Assembly: GCA_004764695.1 (NCBI GenBank)
Contig: SMSO01000037.1
Coordinates: 1,774,747 to 1,838,746, forward strand
Origin: Schizochytrium sp. TIO01
Taxonomy: Eukaryota; Protista; Bigyra: Labyrinthulomycetes
Direction of reading: 5' to 3'
Length of the DNA: 64,000 nt
Position 1 is the first letter of the stretch; the number at the start of each line of letters is the position of its first letter. Position numbers and translations under genes: made by a program. Below are positions 47,631 through 59,560 of the stretch, piece after piece. Below the pieces are notes generated by a model that was given only the letters and a program-made list of their open reading frames with translations, did no database searches and was not told the origin of the DNA.

Positions 47631-48633
47631 TTCTCAGACGCGCTTTGCGGATTTGAATTTGAAATTCCATGAACTCCGGAACTTCGAAGACTGACTGTCG
47701 AAAACTTGAGCAGCAAAAGGCCGCCTTCGAAATTTGAACTCGGCGGAGAACCGCGCCTCTCAGGCGGAAGCTTCGCGCCCTTTGCGCCGCGCCGCTTCCG
47801 CCGTCGGCACGGCCACGGCGAAGCGCTTGAGCGCGCCGTGGCACATCTGCGCTGCAGTGATTCTTCTTCGTCGTCATCCTCGTCTGCGATTTGCAGGTGC
47901 ATATTTCTCTCTCTACAGTTAGTTAGTTTCCTTATCTTTCTTATCTTGTATTCCAAAAGGGCGAAAGCATTTCTACAGACTATAATTTTTTAAGCAAATG
48001 TTTATTTTATTTTAGCTAACAACATTTATGTAGTTTTTATTTTAAAAATAATAATTGAGTTTTATATTTAATTGAACTGGTTTTCATAAAGAAGAAAAAA
48101 GGCAAGTTCTTTCAGACCTTTTCAGATCTGGAGCTCGTCGCCAATTGAATCCACAGGTATCTTTAGCATGAAAATGGCAGTCATTTGTAGCACAGCGTTG
48201 CCCAATAAACTCTATTTTCCTTTGCGAACTTGCGAGTCTGAGCCTGTGAATGTATAGGCTGTATATATATTTTTAACACATTTAAGTTTAGAAAAATCCT
48301 TTGGTAACAATCAACTTTTTGATAACTTCCATGCAGCTCTTTATCGAGAGAGAGAGAAAAAAAGAAATTTAAAAAAAAAGAAGAGAGAGGAGCATAACAC
48401 CGTAGTTAACAATAAGAGGGATCTTGAATCGATATTAGTAGCATTCATTCAATCATTCATTCATTCAATCATTCATTCATTCCATTCTAAGAATCAACCA
48501 CACAAAGAGTGTGCTGCTTCTGCGGCTTCTTTCTACAGCTTCTGCGGCTTCTGCTGCTGCGTCGAGGCCAAGCTCGCTGCGCTGGCCACGACGGATCGAG
48601 GCAGCGTCTGCGTCTGCGCTTCCCGCCACCACT

Positions 48634-48674
<41 letters not shown>
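48634..48674. repeat. (AGC)n trinucleotide repeat
   Basis: Read directly. Confidence 0.93.
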
Positions 48675-48675
<1 letters not shown>

Positions 48676-49364
48676 CCAGTGCGGATTCTAGGTTTAGGCG
48701 GAATCCTTCGTCCACTCAATCGCATCCTTGCGCATCGATGCAAATTGATTTTTAATTAAGCAAGTCATTGATTAACTAATTAATTAATTAATTAATTAAT
48801 TAGCTAATCAAAGTGCGGCTGATTAAGACCTCCATGAACAATGCCGCGAATTGCAGTGCAACGATCGCAATGCGGCGATCGGCAGCGATTGCAATGCGAT
48901 GCAATCAAATACGATGACATCAACACGTCCACACATGACTACAGAAACACATGCACGCATACATACGTAAATACATACACGCATACATATGACACGCCGC
49001 GATCAGCCGTCGAGTCGCAGACCAGACCGACGGGATCCCAAGCTGCGGCTTGGCTCCAGCTGGAGGCGGAATTTGTGCTGTCCGTGTACCATCGATCTGA
49101 GCGGCGTCAATCTCTCTCTCTCTCTCTCTCTGTGTCTATGTGAGTGAGTGTGTGCGTGTGTGTTGTTTCTGTTTTGCGATCTCTCTCTCTGTGAGACCTC
49201 GAACCGCCGCCGCTGCTCAATAAGCCGTGTGTTTGCTTGCTTATTACGGGGTCTGCGAATCATTCTTGTTCAAAATAGGCACAGCGCATGGACAGATTGG
49301 ACGATGGATGATCAGGCACTCCCTGCCGACCTCCCGTTTCATAGGATGGGTGAAGGGCTGAGAC

Positions 49365-49590
49365 TGGTTGATTGATTGATTGAAGAATTGATTGAAGAAT
49401 TGATTGAAGAATTGAAGAATTGATTGAACAATTGATTGAACAATTGATTGAACAATTGATTGATCAGTTGATTGAACAATTGAAGAATTGATTGATTGAT
49501 CTGTTGATTGAACAATTGAACAATTGATTGATTGATCGATTGATCAGTTGATTGAAGAATTGAAGAATTGATTGAAGAATCGATTAAAGG
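49365..49590. repeat. Compound ATTG / TTGATTGAA(G/C)AA minisatellite
   Basis: Read directly. Confidence 0.9.
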
Positions 49591-52165
49591 AATGCAGGAA
49601 TGGACCTCATTGTGGAGGAATGAATGCGTAAGCAGGATCGCGAGAACCGCGCCCGTTGCCTTAAAAGAAAGGCGTCGTCATCCACTGTAGCCGAGTGCTT
49701 AGCGCCGCCTAGGACCTACCTACCACTCTCCTTTTGCAGTAACTTCCTTCATGTTCTTATCATGATTTCAACTACTTTTCAGTTCTGTAGTAAACATTGG
49801 CCATGAGGCTGCTATTGGACCATCTATTTCACTATTTAGTCTGAAAGTAGCGTGAAGATGAAAAGCGCCTTCAGCATAGAAGCAGAAGCCTTATTTGATT
49901 CACAAGGATGGCTGACGATGCGCCGGTTATAATCTATTTCCTCTCCACAGATGCCTTCTTCGCGTACGCTCGAATCCGGAGTGCCTTGGAGGAGGGGGCG
50001 CATATCTTCGCAAGATAGAAGGCGGATTTAGCTCAGTGCGAAAGAGAGAACGAAAGCTCCCGCATTGCGGCGCTTTCTTCCCGACCCGCCTAACGACGCA
50101 TAGAAAGCTCTTGTGTAAAATAGCGATAAATGACCTCTCTCGCGTCTGCATTTTGCATAGTAGGCATGCACTTACTACTTACTTATTTGGTTTTAACCTT
50201 TGAAAGGTTTCGTTGCGAATAATTGTTTGCATGAATACAAAGAAAATTTGAAGCCTTGAGTAATAAAATTAGTAGTTTATGGAGCGATATAACTTTATAA
50301 AATTTTAATTTGTTTTTAAATAAAAATAACTTATTCATATGATAGCAGGAGGAGAAAGAAACCATCAGATAGAAACGAAAAAGAAAAGAGAGAACTTGCC
50401 GCTCGCTATAGCAACAAGAATTACCTTAAATTAACGGCCAGCTCCCGCTCTCACCCAACTCGTACAGCGCGTCCACGTACATCTCCTCCGCGACCTCCTC
50501 GCCACCCTTCGCCACGCCCTTCTCCGCCTGGTTCCCACCTCCTCGCTTTCGCCCGCGCAACCCTTTTCCAAAATATCATAACCTGGGAACGCGGGGACCG
50601 TCTCGCGACCACCAGTGGACCGCTCAGATTTGCCTGGTTGGAGGGAGGCCTGGGTCCTTCTGTCCCAATTCCAGGGACCAAAACCCCCAGCGATTCACTG
50701 CTACAGTTACCAATAGGTACGCCTACTTCATGGTAACGCGGGGAACCTCCGGATTGGGTGGATGCGATGAAAAATCCTCACCAGCGGGAGACAAAGTAGA
50801 GGTGACCCGGAGTGCTAGGTGTGGCGGTAGATGGGGCTTAGCGCGACCCCGCCTGTGAAGAGCTCGCTGCTTTTGGCTGCGATGATGATGATGATGGCTA
50901 GTTTGTCTCGATTTCGATTTCACTCACGCGCTCCCGGTTTATCGATCTGCTGGTGTGGAAGGCAGGCGAAACTCGCAGGAAGAGCTCTATTATAGCTCGC
51001 TTGAGAGCACGAGGTGGTTTTTACGAGGCGTTTTCTGCTCGAGCAGAGAGAGAGAGACCTCACGTAGGCAAGAGCCGTGGGAAAAAGCAGGGCGTCTTAA
51101 ATGAGGCCATCGTACTGTTTGCGGCTAATGTACTACTAGGGTGGGCCTCCAGTGGCTTGAATTTAGGACGCCGTCTTAAAATCGAAAGTAAGTGTAGTGG
51201 CGCTGATGATGGGTGGCGCTGGAGGAGTGCGAGAGGAAATGCCTCCAAGGACCACGAAGAATGCGAAATACTCGCAGCCAAGACCACCTCCGCCCTCCTC
51301 TGGCACCCCGAGCACCAGGAGGCCCTCCCTGGCACCCGTCCTTACGCCTTTTCGACTTGTCTTCAGGTGCGGCGAGCGAGCATCCTCGAAGTCCTGGTCC
51401 ATGGAATGCAAGCATGCAAACGATGCCCTCGCCAGTGGAGGAGGTGGTACCTCTTAGGCGATTCAGTAGGAGGTCACTAGCAGTCGAAGCGAAGAACTGG
51501 TCGCCTGTAAGGTGAATAGGCGGTAATATGGGATAAAGAGTGCGACTTTCTGTATATACAGACATTTCATATGCATGTATGAATGAATGACTGTATGTCA
51601 AATGTCTGTGTATGTATATGTCTGTATGTCTGTATTTCTTGTATTTCTTTTGTATGTATGTATGTCTGTATTTCTTTTGTATTTCTTTTGTACGTATGTA
51701 TGTATGTATTTCTTTTGCATGTATGTGTTTATTTTGTATGGTGCGATTTGATATGGTTCATATTACTTATAAGAAAATAAAAATGCAGATGTATGTAATG
51801 TATGTAGAGCATAGTATACATATTCTATACGCTCTATACCGTACCATCTAAGGGTAGTGAGTGATTAGTGAGTGATTAGTAATCAAAGGTTATAACTTGT
51901 GGTTCATTCAATCAGTGGTGGATTGGAGTCCTTTGGAGAAAAAGGAGAGGTATCAGTCTACCAATCGGTCGGTCGGCGTCTCGGCTCGGCTGGCGGAGCG
52001 TAGTTCGTGTGGTCAGTAAAGAGGCAGCAAGCGGCTTGTTGGCGCGGCGAGTCTCTTGAAGTGTGCATCTTGTGTTGCGTGGAAAGAGGGTGGTCGAGCG
52101 TCCACTCATCTTGCCCTGCATCATTCCATAGAGATCTAGAGATCGAAGCAAACTAGCTAAACAAG

Positions 52166-53767
52166 ATGAGCTCTGGCATGTTTCTGCTCCTCGAGGCCGC
52201 CTCTGGCTATGGCCTCTTTGAGGTTATCGAGACCGACGAGGTGGCCCTCCAGAAGGAGCAGGTCCAGGCCTCCGTGACTGAGCTCGAGCGCTTCAGCAAG
52301 CTCGTCAAGCTCAAGGCTTTCCAGCCGTTCTCCAGCGCTGAGAATGCCCTCGAGAACATCATGAAGGTGTCTGAGAACCTTGTGCCCGAGGACCTTGCTA
52401 CCTTCCTCACCAGCAACCTCCCCAAGGGCAAGAAGATGAAGTCCGAGGGTATGTTCCTCGGTGTCACCGCACCCAACTTGGCCTCTGCCATCCGCGAGAC
52501 CACTACCATCCCCTGCAAGTCCGATGAGACCGTGCTCGAGCTCCTCCGTGGAGTCCGCACCCACCTTGCCCGCTACGTGAAACAGCTCGACGGAGGTGCC
52601 TCCGAGAAGGCGCAGCTCGGTCTTGGACACAGTTACTCTCGTGCCAAGGTCAAGTTCAACGTGAACCGTCAGGACAACATGATCATCCAGAGCATCTGCC
52701 TCTTGGACCAGATGGACAAGGACATCAACACCTGCGCCATGCGCGTCAAGGAGTGGTACTCTTGGCACTTCCCCGAGCTTCAGAAGATCGTGTCTGACTC
52801 TTTCATCTTCGCACGCCTCGTGCAGTTCATTGGCGCTCGCAACAACTTGAGCGAGGAAAAGCTCGAGGGCCTCACCGAGATCACCATGGACAAGGAGATC
52901 TCTGAGCAAATCCTCGACGCCGCTCGTGCCTCCATGGGTTTCGACTGCTCTGACATCGATATGCTTAACCTCAGCCAGTTCGCCGACCGCGTCGTCGAGC
53001 TCGCCAAGTACCGCCGCGAGCTCCACACCTACCTCCTCGAGAAGATGTCCGTCGTGGCACCCAACCTCGCGGCCCTCATCGGAGAGCCCGTCGCCGCCAG
53101 ACTCATCTCCCACGCTGGCAGCCTCGTAAACCTTGCAAAGTACCCGGCCTCCACCATCCAGATTCTCGGTGCTGAGAAGGCTCTCTTCCGCGCCCTCAAG
53201 ACCAAGGGCAACACCCCCAAGTACGGCCTTATCTTCCACTCCAGCTTCATCGGACGTGCTGGAGCCAAGAACAAGGGCCGCATCTCCCGTTACCTTGCCA
53301 ACAAATGCGCTATTGCCGCCCGCATTGACTACTTCGCAGAGGTCCCTAACCCGGCTTACGGTGAGAAGCTCAAGGACCAGGTCGAGGAGAGACTCGCGTT
53401 CTACGACACCGGAGCCACCCCGAAGAAGAACCTTGATGTGATGAGAGAGGCAGCTAAGGAGGCCGCCGCCCTTGTGAAGGAGATGGGCCTCTCATCAGAC
53501 GCCGCGACGCCGAAAAAACGCAAGCGCACAGACGAGGACGACAGCAGCGACGAAGAGGAGGATAACAAGAAGGCCGACGACAGCAGTGACGAAGAGGAGG
53601 AGGCCCCCAAACTGAAGAAGGACAAGAAGTCTAAGAAGAGCAAAAAGGAAAACGGTGAGACCCCGAGCAAGTCCGCCAAGAAGGAAAAGAAGGAAAAGAA
53701 GGAGAAGAAGGACAAGAAGAAGGACGACGACGCACCCAAGAAGAAGAAGAAGAAGACGAAGGAGTAA
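52166..53767 (+). CDS. NOP56: Box C/D snoRNP protein NOP56
   Basis: LGLGHSYSRAKVKFNVNR, MRVKEWYSWHFPEL, AKYPASTIQILGAEKALFRALKT, KGRISRYLANKC and a KKE/D tail. The LGHSYSRAKVKF motif favours NOP56 over NOP58. Confidence 0.95.
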   Translation: MSSGMFLLLEAASGYGLFEVIETDEVALQKEQVQASVTELERFSKLVKLKAFQPFSSAENALENIMKVSENLVPEDLATFLTSNLPKGKKMKSEGMFLGVTAPNLASAIRETTTIPCKSDETVLELLRGVRTHLARYVKQLDGGASEKAQLGLGHSYSRAKVKFNVNRQDNMIIQSICLLDQMDKDINTCAMRVKEWYSWHFPELQKIVSDSFIFARLVQFIGARNNLSEEKLEGLTEITMDKEISEQILDAARASMGFDCSDIDMLNLSQFADRVVELAKYRRELHTYLLEKMSVVAPNLAALIGEPVAARLISHAGSLVNLAKYPASTIQILGAEKALFRALKTKGNTPKYGLIFHSSFIGRAGAKNKGRISRYLANKCAIAARIDYFAEVPNPAYGEKLKDQVEERLAFYDTGATPKKNLDVMREAAKEAAALVKEMGLSSDAATPKKRKRTDEDDSSDEEEDNKKADDSSDEEEEAPKLKKDKKSKKSKKENGETPSKSAKKEKKEKKEKKDKKKDDDAPKKKKKKTKE

Positions 53768-55586
53768 GTAAGTAAGGAGTAAGCTGGCTAGCTAGCTGAC
53801 ATGCCCAAGGCCTGCCTGCGTGCATGCATGCATACTTCTTCACAACCCTCGAAAATAGATCAAATCTGAGCCTGTTTGTTTTTTGTTCAAGACACACCTA
53901 CTACCAAATCTACAAAATCTGCTACTACTTCATACTTTTTCCTTTGCCAGCCTTCTTGCGCTTGTTCAAGATCTCCACAAAGACCGACATGTGCTCTACC
54001 CCTCTAGGCGTTCCCAGCTAGGCAGAGCCCAGCTGTACGTCTCTCACAAACAACACATACACACAATCATCGATTAAAGTTCTCTTTTCCTTTCCTTCCA
54101 CACCTCGTCTTTTACAAATCCTCTAAACATCTTTTTTTACAACATATACAACATCTCCTTTTGTGAATTCTTTCGTGCAACAGTATGATATTCTTGTTGA
54201 ATGCTGAAGCCCAAGTTTCGAATTTAGCCGGTGAATAATACAGAGCCTTGTACTTTTAAGATTTAAGAATCAAGTTTCTCTCTCTCCCCCTTGGCCAAAA
54301 AAAATAATTTTCCGCAGGATCTTTTCTGGATTGATGACCGATGCATTGCGCATACAAAGCCTCACTCAATTTTCTTTAATCCTAGACTAATTTACCTGCT
54401 TTGTGTTTGCGATAGGATTCCGTGAACATTAATAGCCCAACAGAAGGTATCATATTGATTGATTCCTTACAATAGTTCGTTTGCTCTATGCATCTGTGTA
54501 AGCGCACGCTGCATGCCCCAGTAGCAAAATAAAAGAGAGATCAGTCGATAGACCATATGCTAGCCTTTTATATCTTCTCTGTTATATGTACGAATCTCAA
54601 AGTAGTTTACGAAATGAACAAACTGCCTCACTTTGTTCATTGGCTCAGCTCAGACTGTTGCTTGACGATCGTTACTCTAAAGATTTGAAGGTTGGTGAAC
54701 CCATTTTGCCCTTATTGGTGTCCTTCTACTCTAATTTTATTTTCAAAGTGAATAAATACCTCGAAGAATAACAGTAGGTATGTATGATGTCATCGAAAGA
54801 AGCAAAGAGCCACGATATTACTTTTTGAAATAGCAGAGCGTTATGAGTAGTACCGGCCTATTCAAAATTGCATGGTTGAAACAAAAGGCAACTGCACCTT
54901 ATGCCATAGATGATAGAAGCGTTTGAGCGAATTGGACTATACAAAATTTGCATATCTTCCTATAACTTTAACCTCATAGACCATAGGTTTGAAATCACTT
55001 ACCTTTATGTGCACATCATCATTCCCAACACTCCACGTTTATTATCTATTCATACTCCCCATATAGTACAAACTTGCGAATTATATATCTACATATGCGC
55101 CTTCGCCCTGGTTTTATGTGCCTTCGAAATCTCTTTTTGGAGGTGAATGTGAGGATAGGAGTACCGCGACCCAATCCAAGAGTTGCACAAAATAATCGCT
55201 CATTGTAGATGTCAGTAGTTGATCAAAAATGTGCATTTGCTCGAGAGTCAACACTTTCACTACAAGCTAGGGATCTTGTAAGATATTTAGTTGATTATTG
55301 GGGGGGGGGGGGTTATTGCCTTCTGGGGAGGGGGGGTAGGGAGGGGATAGACAAGAACAGTGTATACCAACAGGTCAAGTTGGGTCTCGACATGGCGTTC
55401 AATCATTGCTGTTTGACGAGTCCATAGTATCTTGTTGTAGTATCCGAATGATGCGACGCTTTAATTAATAATCTGACTGTGTTTAACATAGCAGACAACA
55501 CAAAAGGCTTGAAAAACTACAACGTAAACCAGACATGGGAACTACAGACAGTTTGAATACACATACCATATATACTAGATAGATGA

Positions 55587-55692
55587 AAAGCAAGAAGGCA
55601 AAATCTAAATATCCAAAGATAGAGCGCGCAATGCTATAAAGCAAGGAGGCAAGAAATTAAATATCCAAAGATAGAACGCACGATGCTATAAA
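55587..55692. repeat. Imperfect tandem duplication, about 52-bp unit, two copies
   Basis: AAAGCAAG(A/G)AGGCAA…TAAATATCCAAAGATAGA(G/A)CGC(G/A)C(A/G)ATGCTAT occurs twice in tandem. Confidence 0.85.
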
Positions 55693-56496
55693 ATGCGCAT
55701 CACAAGAAAATTCATGTTAAAAAGGCATGAGAGAATTGACAAGTACAAACGAAGTAACAAAAAATGTGATTTTTCTAACCTACGTGTATCCACTAATATT
55801 CAGGTATGCAAGGCACTACCTTCGGAAATTGAAGGCACTCAACATTTGATGAGAGGACGTATAGCAATACGCCAGAGCGGAGCTGAAAGATAGGAGCCAC
55901 AGTGAATCCAATAACAAAAGAGATCCTTGCCGTCAACATCACAAAGAGTCTCTGAGATATGCCTATGCAAGGAACCTGGTTTGGAGAAGAAAAAGGAAAG
56001 GGAAAAGACAAACACACAGCAAACTCTGCCGCCTGTCCACACGACGCACCAACACTGTTAATGCAATACATCTAGGCACGCATAGGGTTAGCGACAAAAG
56101 ACAAAGAAGAAGAAATATACGTAATTGTACGAACACAGACACACTTTTGTGAACGCAGGCGATCACCAGCTCTATCTTTCTCTTACTCCATCTTCATCAA
56201 AGAAGGAGGAAGTTCATGACGAAAAGGACACAGGGAATCATCTATGTTGGCGCATACTCCAGCAAACAGATCAGCAATCAAAGGGTGTCGTTGCAAGAAG
56301 TTGACCACGCAAAAGTATGCAACCCGAGTCCGAACGAAAGGATTAAAAAAAGGAGCCAAGTATAGCTACACGCACACATACACAGACATGATGAGCAGAT
56401 GTTACGCATGAACACACCACACATACATTTGAGTGGCATCCGACTCTAACTACCTGCAACATCAAATCAAATTGATCTTGAGCATGAATTCAGGGC

Positions 56497-58380
56497 TCAG
56501 AGGGTGGCATCATTGTAGTCATCTTTCTTGCCCTTTCCACCCTTATCCTTGCTCTTCTCCTTGGAGGTGCCCTTTGCACCAGTGCCATCGTCCTCCTCAT
56601 CAAACAACGCGCGGCGTTCCATTGAAGCAGACACACGACGGCCAATGTTAGCAGCATCCTTGGAGACATTAGCGCTTGCAAGAACCTCCTCAGGACTGTG
56701 ACCGTAGCGCTTTGCATAACGTGCAAGAATAGCCTGCGCAATTTCTTCAGATTCCGCAGCATCGGCGTCACGCAAGGTTTCTTCAGCTGCCTCAGTCGCT
56801 TCCTCCTGTTCTTGAGACTTGAGCGCCTCCTGAACAAGATCAGAGTATCCTGCACGCTCAGAGCGCTCAATAGTCCTGCGGCGATCCTCAGGGCTTGGCT
56901 CAGGAATGTCAGGCTTGGTTGCAAGACGCTCGTCATCCAGTGAAATGATCTCACGCTTAGACTTGCTCTTCTTGCCGAGTGTTGTCTTCATGAGACCACC
57001 CAGAAGCGAACGGCGGGCATTTCCGGACTTGCTGCCACTGCTAGTCTTCTCCAGGCCAGCTGCAGCTGCTTCGTCAAAGTCCGGTACAACATCGCCATCG
57101 TCAACCCCTGTGAAATCTTCATCCTCGTGACTTTCGAGGGCCTCGAGAGGTGCAGGGCCGTCGAGTTCTGGAGCACGGTACAAGATCAGCGATATGTCAT
57201 CAACGTAGCCACCCGCCAGACTGCGTTGCAAGGTTTCGTCGTAAAGATCTGTTGCCATCTTGTAGAGAGGCGTGGAGTTCTCAAAGTGGTCTGAGAAGAA
57301 GGTCACGAGCTCATCAGCCTTAATGACATGTTCATCAAAGATACCATCACTAGCCATGAGCAAGATACTCCCCGGACTCATCACAAACGGGGATGAAACC
57401 TCCGGAACGGAGATGTATCCTGTGCCGTAAACATCAAAGTCACCAATACCACGAGTGGGCTGAATAGAGAACTTAGTAAGCGGGTTTACGAGAAAGGCAC
57501 CATCAATCTCGAAAGCGCCGGCGTAGTCTGTGTTGAGACGCAGGAGCTCAGACGGGTTGAATACGCTGTGGGCAGGCGAGCCAATTGCCATTGGAGGGAC
57601 ATGTTTGCTCTGCACCTCGCTCAAGCCGAAGACGGGCTGCAGAAACGAGTCTTCGAAAATCTTCATGTTGAAAATCATAATTCGCGAGTCGCCGGTCTGA
57701 GCAATCCTACAGGTTCCATTGTACGTGTTATGCAGCGTGACCACACAGGTGGTTCCACCAGTGTACTTGGGCCTCTTAAGAAACTTGCGTTCCACCATGG
57801 GTCTGTGATAGCCATCCTCATCAACAACCACCAAGACCGCCGAGTTAATGTCGCGAACTTCGGCTAGGAAGCCCACGCGTCCTTCCCATTTGCCCCCAAA
57901 GCACTTGACAAACATACCGGGATGCACGTCTTCACCAGTCCAGCACACGGTGTCGGACACCTCACGAAAAGCCTCTTTGATGAGCTCCTCGGAGGGTACT
58001 GAATCCGGATCAGAACGTGCCGACATGAGCCGCAGGAGCGTCTCGGGCATAGCATCACAAACTGCACGAGCCACCTCATGGCCATCGCGATCATGGCCAT
58101 CGCAGAGAACTTTTATGTCCCAATTTCCATACCGAGCAAGGCCAATAGCATCCTGGCCGACGTTTTTATGTCCAGGAGATCTGGACTGCGAGATGAAGGC
58201 GACGGTCTCGTTGGGCTGACCCTCAGCGTCTACGAAAGCCTCGGGGACGTTGTCCTGACCGTTGTCGCAAATAAGCAGGGTTTGAAAAGAGGGCTTAAAC
58301 TCCGCTGGCGCAGCGGAGGCCTTGACACTCTTCCGTTCGCTCGCGCGACGGCTTGCGCTCTTGCGCAAGAACGAGCGCAT
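56497..58380 (-). CDS. PP2C/PPM-family Ser/Thr phosphatase with a KOW-like insertion and a charged C-terminal tail
   Basis: PPM motifs in order: GQDA, LCDGH, GGTT, AQTGDSR, TRGIGD, LLMASDGIFD, DDISL. First ATG is 58380; the ORF track starts at GTG 58494. Confidence 0.88.
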   Translation of the reverse strand: MRSFLRKSASRRASERKSVKASAAPAEFKPSFQTLLICDNGQDNVPEAFVDAEGQPNETVAFISQSRSPGHKNVGQDAIGLARYGNWDIKVLCDGHDRDGHEVARAVCDAMPETLLRLMSARSDPDSVPSEELIKEAFREVSDTVCWTGEDVHPGMFVKCFGGKWEGRVGFLAEVRDINSAVLVVVDEDGYHRPMVERKFLKRPKYTGGTTCVVTLHNTYNGTCRIAQTGDSRIMIFNMKIFEDSFLQPVFGLSEVQSKHVPPMAIGSPAHSVFNPSELLRLNTDYAGAFEIDGAFLVNPLTKFSIQPTRGIGDFDVYGTGYISVPEVSSPFVMSPGSILLMASDGIFDEHVIKADELVTFFSDHFENSTPLYKMATDLYDETLQRSLAGGYVDDISLILYRAPELDGPAPLEALESHEDEDFTGVDDGDVVPDFDEAAAAGLEKTSSGSKSGNARRSLLGGLMKTTLGKKSKSKREIISLDDERLATKPDIPEPSPEDRRRTIERSERAGYSDLVQEALKSQEQEEATEAAEETLRDADAAESEEIAQAILARYAKRYGHSPEEVLASANVSKDAANIGRRVSASMERRALFDEEDDGTGAKGTSKEKSKDKGGKGKKDDYNDATL

Positions 58381-59429
58381 GACGTTGCACGCGAGTGACA
58401 CAATGGTGGATGTCCGCGATTCGTAGTCTTCTACTGTCGCGATCCGCGCTTGGCGAACCGCACCAAGACCGGCAGCCCTGGGCCTTCTGGCCACAGCTAC
58501 CTCTCACCCTGGTCTCGACCGGACGTTCCTCTCAATGCGAAGCGAACTGCTGTTGCTTGGGCTACAAGCAGGACAGCTCCACTCGGAACTGTCAAATTCC
58601 ACAAGATGTCACAATCAGCCGGCACCTGGAGTGCTTGGCTTACTCTGTTTACGGCTAGGTTGCCTCTCGATACCCCCGCTTGCTTTGCTTGCTTGCTTAC
58701 TTGCTTGCTTGCACAAGCACCCAGCTAACGAAGTAACGAACTCACTCACTTACGCACGCTCGCACGCACGCTCGTGACTTGGTTTAAGGTCAGAGCTAAA
58801 TAGACTCTAAAGCGCTCGCTGGCTTATGAGTCAATTCGGCAGCTGCAAACAAAACCCGGCAAACCTGGCAACCCGCACTTATCGCGTATCAGCCGTCGCC
58901 GCCACAGCGCTGTCTCCGATCCGGAAGCTGCAGGAACAAGGCTCTGCCTGCACCAAACGCGGCCACGCTGCGAACCCAGTGAACCGCGCGCGTGCAAATT
59001 GGATTGCAATTCGCAGTATAGGTAGGTAGGTAGGTAGTGCCTTTATTCTGTGGAAGAAAGTAAAAAGGATGAAGGTGTACTTTTCAGTAGGACTGTCTAT
59101 GCGCCTCCTAGCAATGGCCTGCTGGCACTTGCACCTCTACTGCTAGTGATACGATTAGCTGGCGCTTAGTACCTCCAGCACAGGAAAGAGTTCACGGAAG
59201 CAGAGCCGAGATGTGCAGACGGCTTTCTTTCTCTGGCGATGTCAAAACTGCTGCTACTGCTGATACTGCTGATACTTTAGAAGCAATCGCCTCTGGGTTG
59301 GAGTCCTCCACGTATAGAGCTTTGCGTGCAGCCAGAGTGCACGTTCTTGGGGACTCGAGTCAATCGACCGCCGATTCTTCCACCTCAAAGGAGTTTCTCT
59401 TTGAAAGTTTTACTTTGTTAATGGGAAGG

Positions 59430-59439
59430 ACAGAAAGAA

Positions 59440-59475
<36 letters not shown>

Positions 59476-59560
59476 AACGAGGAAGAAAAGAGAAAGGGGT
59501 CTGAAAGGCGAAAAGAACGAAAGAACGAAAGAACGAAAGAACGAAAGAACGAACGAAAGA
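59430..59560. repeat. (GAAA)n and (CGAAAGAA)n repeats
   Basis: Read directly. Confidence 0.88.

Noticed and set aside
49960-50090. GCGGATTTAGCTCAGT (50022-50037) resembles a tRNA-Phe 5' end / A-box, with a B-box-like GCTCGAATCC upstream (possible permuted tRNA)
   Set aside because: No anticodon arm or T-stem can be folded, and there is no downstream TTCGA loop. Probably chance; tRNAscan-SE or SPLITS would settle it.
50700-50860. ATGGGGCTTAG resembles the RNase MRP 3' P4 strand
   Set aside because: No matching upstream GAAAGTCCCC strand nearby.
52157-53239. 360-aa minus-strand ORF
   Set aside because: Antisense shadow of NOP56.
55587-55692. Repeat-spacer-repeat appearance (CRISPR-like)
   Set aside because: Only two copies, the apparent spacer is itself part of the duplicated unit, there are no cas genes, and the context is eukaryotic.
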